Notes under the pieces: model-generated
What the model saw: the letters and a program-made list of their open reading frames with translations, nothing else
The model's database searches: none
Told to the model about the DNA's origin: nothing
Shown: piece by piece, positions 61,358 to 64,000 of the stretch
How positions within the stretch are numbered: the stretch's first letter is position 1
Layout: each line of letters opens with the position of its first letter
Translations under genes and position numbers: made by a program
From: Lentisphaerota bacterium
GTDB taxonomy: Bacteria > Verrucomicrobiota > Kiritimatiellia > RFP12 > JAAYNR01
Direction: 5' to 3'
DNA: 64,000 nucleotides
NCBI GenBank assembly: GCA_016873675.1
Contig: VGWG01000004.1
Location: forward strand, 2,715 to 66,714

Positions 61358-62878
61358 TCATTCGTGAGGGGCTGGAGCGATCACGGCCGCTGGCGTGGCA
61401 GCGGGGGCGTGCGTGTCAGAGGCTTTCGGAATGGGCTTGAGCACCATCATCCCCCAGGCGACCAGGCTGGTCAGCAAACCGACTACCGCGCCAATCTTGA
61501 GCCATTCCATGAATCCGATATGCGCGTGGTAGCGTTTCTCGTACATGCCGAGGGCGACGATGTTGGCGGTGGACCCGATGGCCGTGATATTGCCACCAAA
61601 ACAAGCGCCGAAGAGGAGCGCCCACCAGAGGAGCGAGAAACTGGCATCGCTGTTCTGCAGCACCTGGATGACCGGGGTGAAGGCGGCGACAAAGACAATG
61701 TTGTCGACAAAAGCCGAGCCGATGGCCGAGACGAACAGCACGAAGGGGATCATCGCCTTGGGGCCGCCGGTTACCAGGGCGTTCAGCTTCTTTGCCAGTT
61801 CCTCGGTGACGCCCTGCTGTTCCAGTCCGCCGGCCACGGCGAAGAGCATCATAAAAAAGAGGAGGGTCCACCATTCAACCTCATGTTCGATGTAATGGCG
61901 CGCCCGCTTGGGTCGGTAGAACATCAGCAGGCCGGCGATGATCAGCGGCGTGATGATCAGGAAAGCGTTTTTGTTCTGGGCCGCGATTTCGGGGAGGACA
62001 CCGGGGCCGACCAGTCCGAGCAGAAGTTCGAACTGGTGGTGGCAGGCGATCAGAGCCACGGTGCCGAGCAGGATCACCAGGCCGCGGCGGTGGGGGATGC
62101 GGAAGAGCGGGCCGAGCCCCTCGTTGGCGCTGCGGCGCTCGGCCATCCGCACCGACATCAGCCGAAGATCTTTGCGGAACCAGACCATGCAGGTGGCGGT
62201 GGCGACAGCGAGGCAGACGGCGGCGACCGGGGTCGCGTGCTGCAGAAAGTAGCCGAAGGTGAAGCCGGCCTTGGTGCCGATGAAGACGCCGACCGGATTG
62301 CCGAGCATGGTCGCGGAAGAGCCGATGTTCGTGGCCATAACCGAGATCAGCACAAACGGCGTGGGCTTCAACTTCAGGGTGTCGCAGACTTGGAAGACGA
62401 GGGCCAGCATGACGACGATCGAGGTCACTTCGTCGACCACCGAAGCCATGATCGCAGAGAGCAGGCAGAGAATCAGGGTAAAGATCCAGCCGTTCATCTT
62501 ACGGAATCCGATGACGCTTTGGATCAGCCAGGTAAAGAGGCCGAGGTCTTTGAGGACGCCGACAATGGTCATCATGCCGATGAGGAAGAAGATAATGTCC
62601 AGTTCGGTCGCGGCCAGCATCCCCTTGAGGGTGAACACGCGCGTGCCGATCAGCAGGGCGATGCCAAGGAAAGCGGCGGCGAGGCGGTATTGCCAGAAGA
62701 AAAGCGTGGTGCAGATCACGGCGATGAAGGTGCAGACCGAGATCACCTGGTTCGTCTGGTGGGCGATGCCGACCACATGCGCCAGCCAGCCGAGGGTGCC
62801 GGTGATCGTGACCAGGGCGGCGGCCTTGGCGAGTTGTTCCCTGACGGATACGGGATGCGGGTTGCTGGAGGTGCTCAT
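61358..62878 (-). CDS. ArsB/NhaD-superfamily (citrate-transporter-like) anion permease
   Basis: 506 aa, more than 10 TM segments. LSAIMASVVDEVTSIVVM and ATNIGSSATMLGNPVG patterns. Confidence 0.7.
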   Translation of the reverse strand: MSTSSNPHPVSVREQLAKAAALVTITGTLGWLAHVVGIAHQTNQVISVCTFIAVICTTLFFWQYRLAAAFLGIALLIGTRVFTLKGMLAATELDIIFFLIGMMTIVGVLKDLGLFTWLIQSVIGFRKMNGWIFTLILCLLSAIMASVVDEVTSIVVMLALVFQVCDTLKLKPTPFVLISVMATNIGSSATMLGNPVGVFIGTKAGFTFGYFLQHATPVAAVCLAVATATCMVWFRKDLRLMSVRMAERRSANEGLGPLFRIPHRRGLVILLGTVALIACHHQFELLLGLVGPGVLPEIAAQNKNAFLIITPLIIAGLLMFYRPKRARHYIEHEVEWWTLLFFMMLFAVAGGLEQQGVTEELAKKLNALVTGGPKAMIPFVLFVSAIGSAFVDNIVFVAAFTPVIQVLQNSDASFSLLWWALLFGACFGGNITAIGSTANIVALGMYEKRYHAHIGFMEWLKIGAVVGLLTSLVAWGMMVLKPIPKASDTHAPAATPAAVIAPAPHE

Positions 62879-62882
62879 GGGT

Positions 62883-63806
62883 TCAGGCCCTGAAGATTTT
62901 GTGGAGGAAGGTGCGGAGGGTGATGACGCCCATGAGGCGTCGCGCTTTCAGCACGTAGCATTGGACGACGTTCTGACGGGCGAATTCGGCGGCCACCTGG
63001 ATGGCGGGCGAGCCGACCTGAACGAAGGCGAACCGTTCGGACATGATCTCGCTCAGCCAGGTGTTGTGCTCCTTGCGCAGCACCTCGGCAAAGGGTTCGA
63101 AATTCTGGATCGGCGAGAGATCGTCCATCCACAGCAGGTAATCGGGGAGGCAGACGTTGAGCAGGGCGCTGGCGCTCACGACGCCCACGAGGTCGCCCTC
63201 CTTGTCGACTACCGGAACTTCGTCGATGTCATTGTCAGACAGGATGTCGATGGCCGCTTTGAGGCTGGCGTTGTCGCGCAGGGTGATGCCGGGCGGCGTC
63301 ATGATGTCGGCTGCGCAGATGTAGGCCGGCAGTTTCAGGCCCCCGGTCTGGAAGAAGCGCAGCACCTCTTCTGCAGTCTTCAGGGCGGCCAGGTGCTGGG
63401 TCGCGTCGTCCTCGCGCAGGATGCCAGCGATCGAGCGGAGGGTCTGCAGATAGAGGGTCGGTTTGTCCATCGGCACCAGCACAAGGAGCACCAGATAGAT
63501 GGTGTGGCCGTCGAAATGGAACCCCTCGCGCGAGGTGGCGACGGCGACATAGGGCCGCTCGATCCCGGAGAGCCGGGCATGCGGAATGGCGACGCCATGG
63601 GGCATCACCGTAGAGGTCGCCTGTTCGCGGGCGATGACCGCTTCGGTGATCGCCTGCGGGTCGGCGATGCCATGGTTGCCGGCCAGGCGGTAGACGAGGG
63701 TACGGATGACGTCGTCATGATTCCGTTGCGGCGCCTGGCAGAGGATGTCTGGCACGCCGAAGAAGGAGACCAGGTCGGTCTTGGATGCGGGGATGGAGTC
63801 AGGCAT
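62883..63806 (-). CDS. PTS EIIA(type 2/Ntr)-like domain plus CBS-pair regulatory protein
   Basis: EIIA active-site context MPHGVAIPHARL. C-terminal tandem CBS-like segments (DIMTPPGITL ... VPVVDKEGDLVGVVS). Confidence 0.7.
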   Translation of the reverse strand: MPDSIPASKTDLVSFFGVPDILCQAPQRNHDDVIRTLVYRLAGNHGIADPQAITEAVIAREQATSTVMPHGVAIPHARLSGIERPYVAVATSREGFHFDGHTIYLVLLVLVPMDKPTLYLQTLRSIAGILREDDATQHLAALKTAEEVLRFFQTGGLKLPAYICAADIMTPPGITLRDNASLKAAIDILSDNDIDEVPVVDKEGDLVGVVSASALLNVCLPDYLLWMDDLSPIQNFEPFAEVLRKEHNTWLSEIMSERFAFVQVGSPAIQVAAEFARQNVVQCYVLKARRLMGVITLRTFLHKIFRA

Positions 63807-63824
63807 GGGCGCCTCCGCAGGGGT

Positions 63825-64000
63825 TACACGTTGAACAGGAAGTGCATGACGTCGCCGTCACGCACTTCGTACTCCTTGCCCTCCAGACGCAGAAGCCCGG
63901 CACCGCGGCAGGGGGCTTCTCCGCCGAGGCGGACGTAGTCGTCGAAAGAGATCACCTCGGCTCGGATGAATCCGCGCTCGAAGTCGGTGTGGATGACGCC
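63825..64000 (-). CDS. ychF: Ribosome-binding ATPase YchF (C-terminal part; gene continues beyond the window)
   Basis: Translation ends [58 protein letters not shown] followed by stop. This is a typical YchF C-terminus. Confidence 0.8.

Overview
High-GC (roughly 65% by eye), densely coding bacterial chromosomal window. All calls come from manual reading of the sequence and ORF track; no searches were run. The gene content ([FeFe] hydrogenase plus Rex, DUF1570-like peptidase, BspA-type LRR, GH36, fucokinase) suggests an anaerobic glycan-degrading member of the PVC superphylum, but that is inference only.

Layout, left to right:
- Prenyltransferase-repeat protein and an FAD oxidoreductase.
- tRNA-Cys.
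- Minus-strand run: rex, ATP-grasp::GNAT fusion, AEC transporter, rpmB, Zn-ribbon protein, rnc, pfkB kinase.
- Divergent from rex, across an AT-rich 335-bp intergenic region: an electron-bifurcating-type [FeFe] hydrogenase operon (NuoE-like, HATPase-only protein, 2Fe-2S ferredoxin, NuoF-like, HydA). It is followed by translationally coupled lipA, a GT4 glycosyltransferase and a DUF1638::hydantoinase-like fusion.
- A glycine-zipper lipoprotein.
- A frameshifted HExxH peptidase / BspA-LRR surface protein.
- lpdA, tRNA-Lys, tRNA-Gly, and a SpoU methyltransferase.
- An orphan ACP followed by a Card1/DUF1887-like (CARF plus PD-(D/E)xK fold) protein.
- A transglutaminase-like membrane protein and a split chromate transporter.
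- A glycan block (CBM9-like/Fn3 secreted protein, GH36, large GH-like protein).
- GT2 plus 2-oxoacid dehydrogenase E1 beta and alpha.
- A small basic protein, argS, and a ClC channel.
- A decayed mobile/defence islet: N-terminally truncated and frameshifted type ISP/IIG RM remnant, higBA-like TA pair flanked by a ~217-bp duplicated gene 3' end, ORF6N protein, and an internally deleted nucleotidyltransferase.
- fkp and a second kinase::nucleotidyltransferase fusion.
- Patatin, a ferredoxin-nitroreductase, a membrane protein, a pabB-pabC fusion, an ArsB/NhaD-type permease, an EIIA-CBS regulator, and partial ychF.

The most unusual signal not explained by genes is a family of intergenic nested palindromic elements. 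They share terminal inverted repeats (GAGGCTCTTGCAAAACC), have 4-bp flanking duplications in the best copies, and show compensatory stem changes around a conserved core. A related GTCCC-loop hairpin palindrome is inserted in the RM remnant. No CRISPR array, rRNA or complete transposase/integrase was seen. I did not recognise a complete multi-gene novel system with confidence; the best candidates are listed in the findings.
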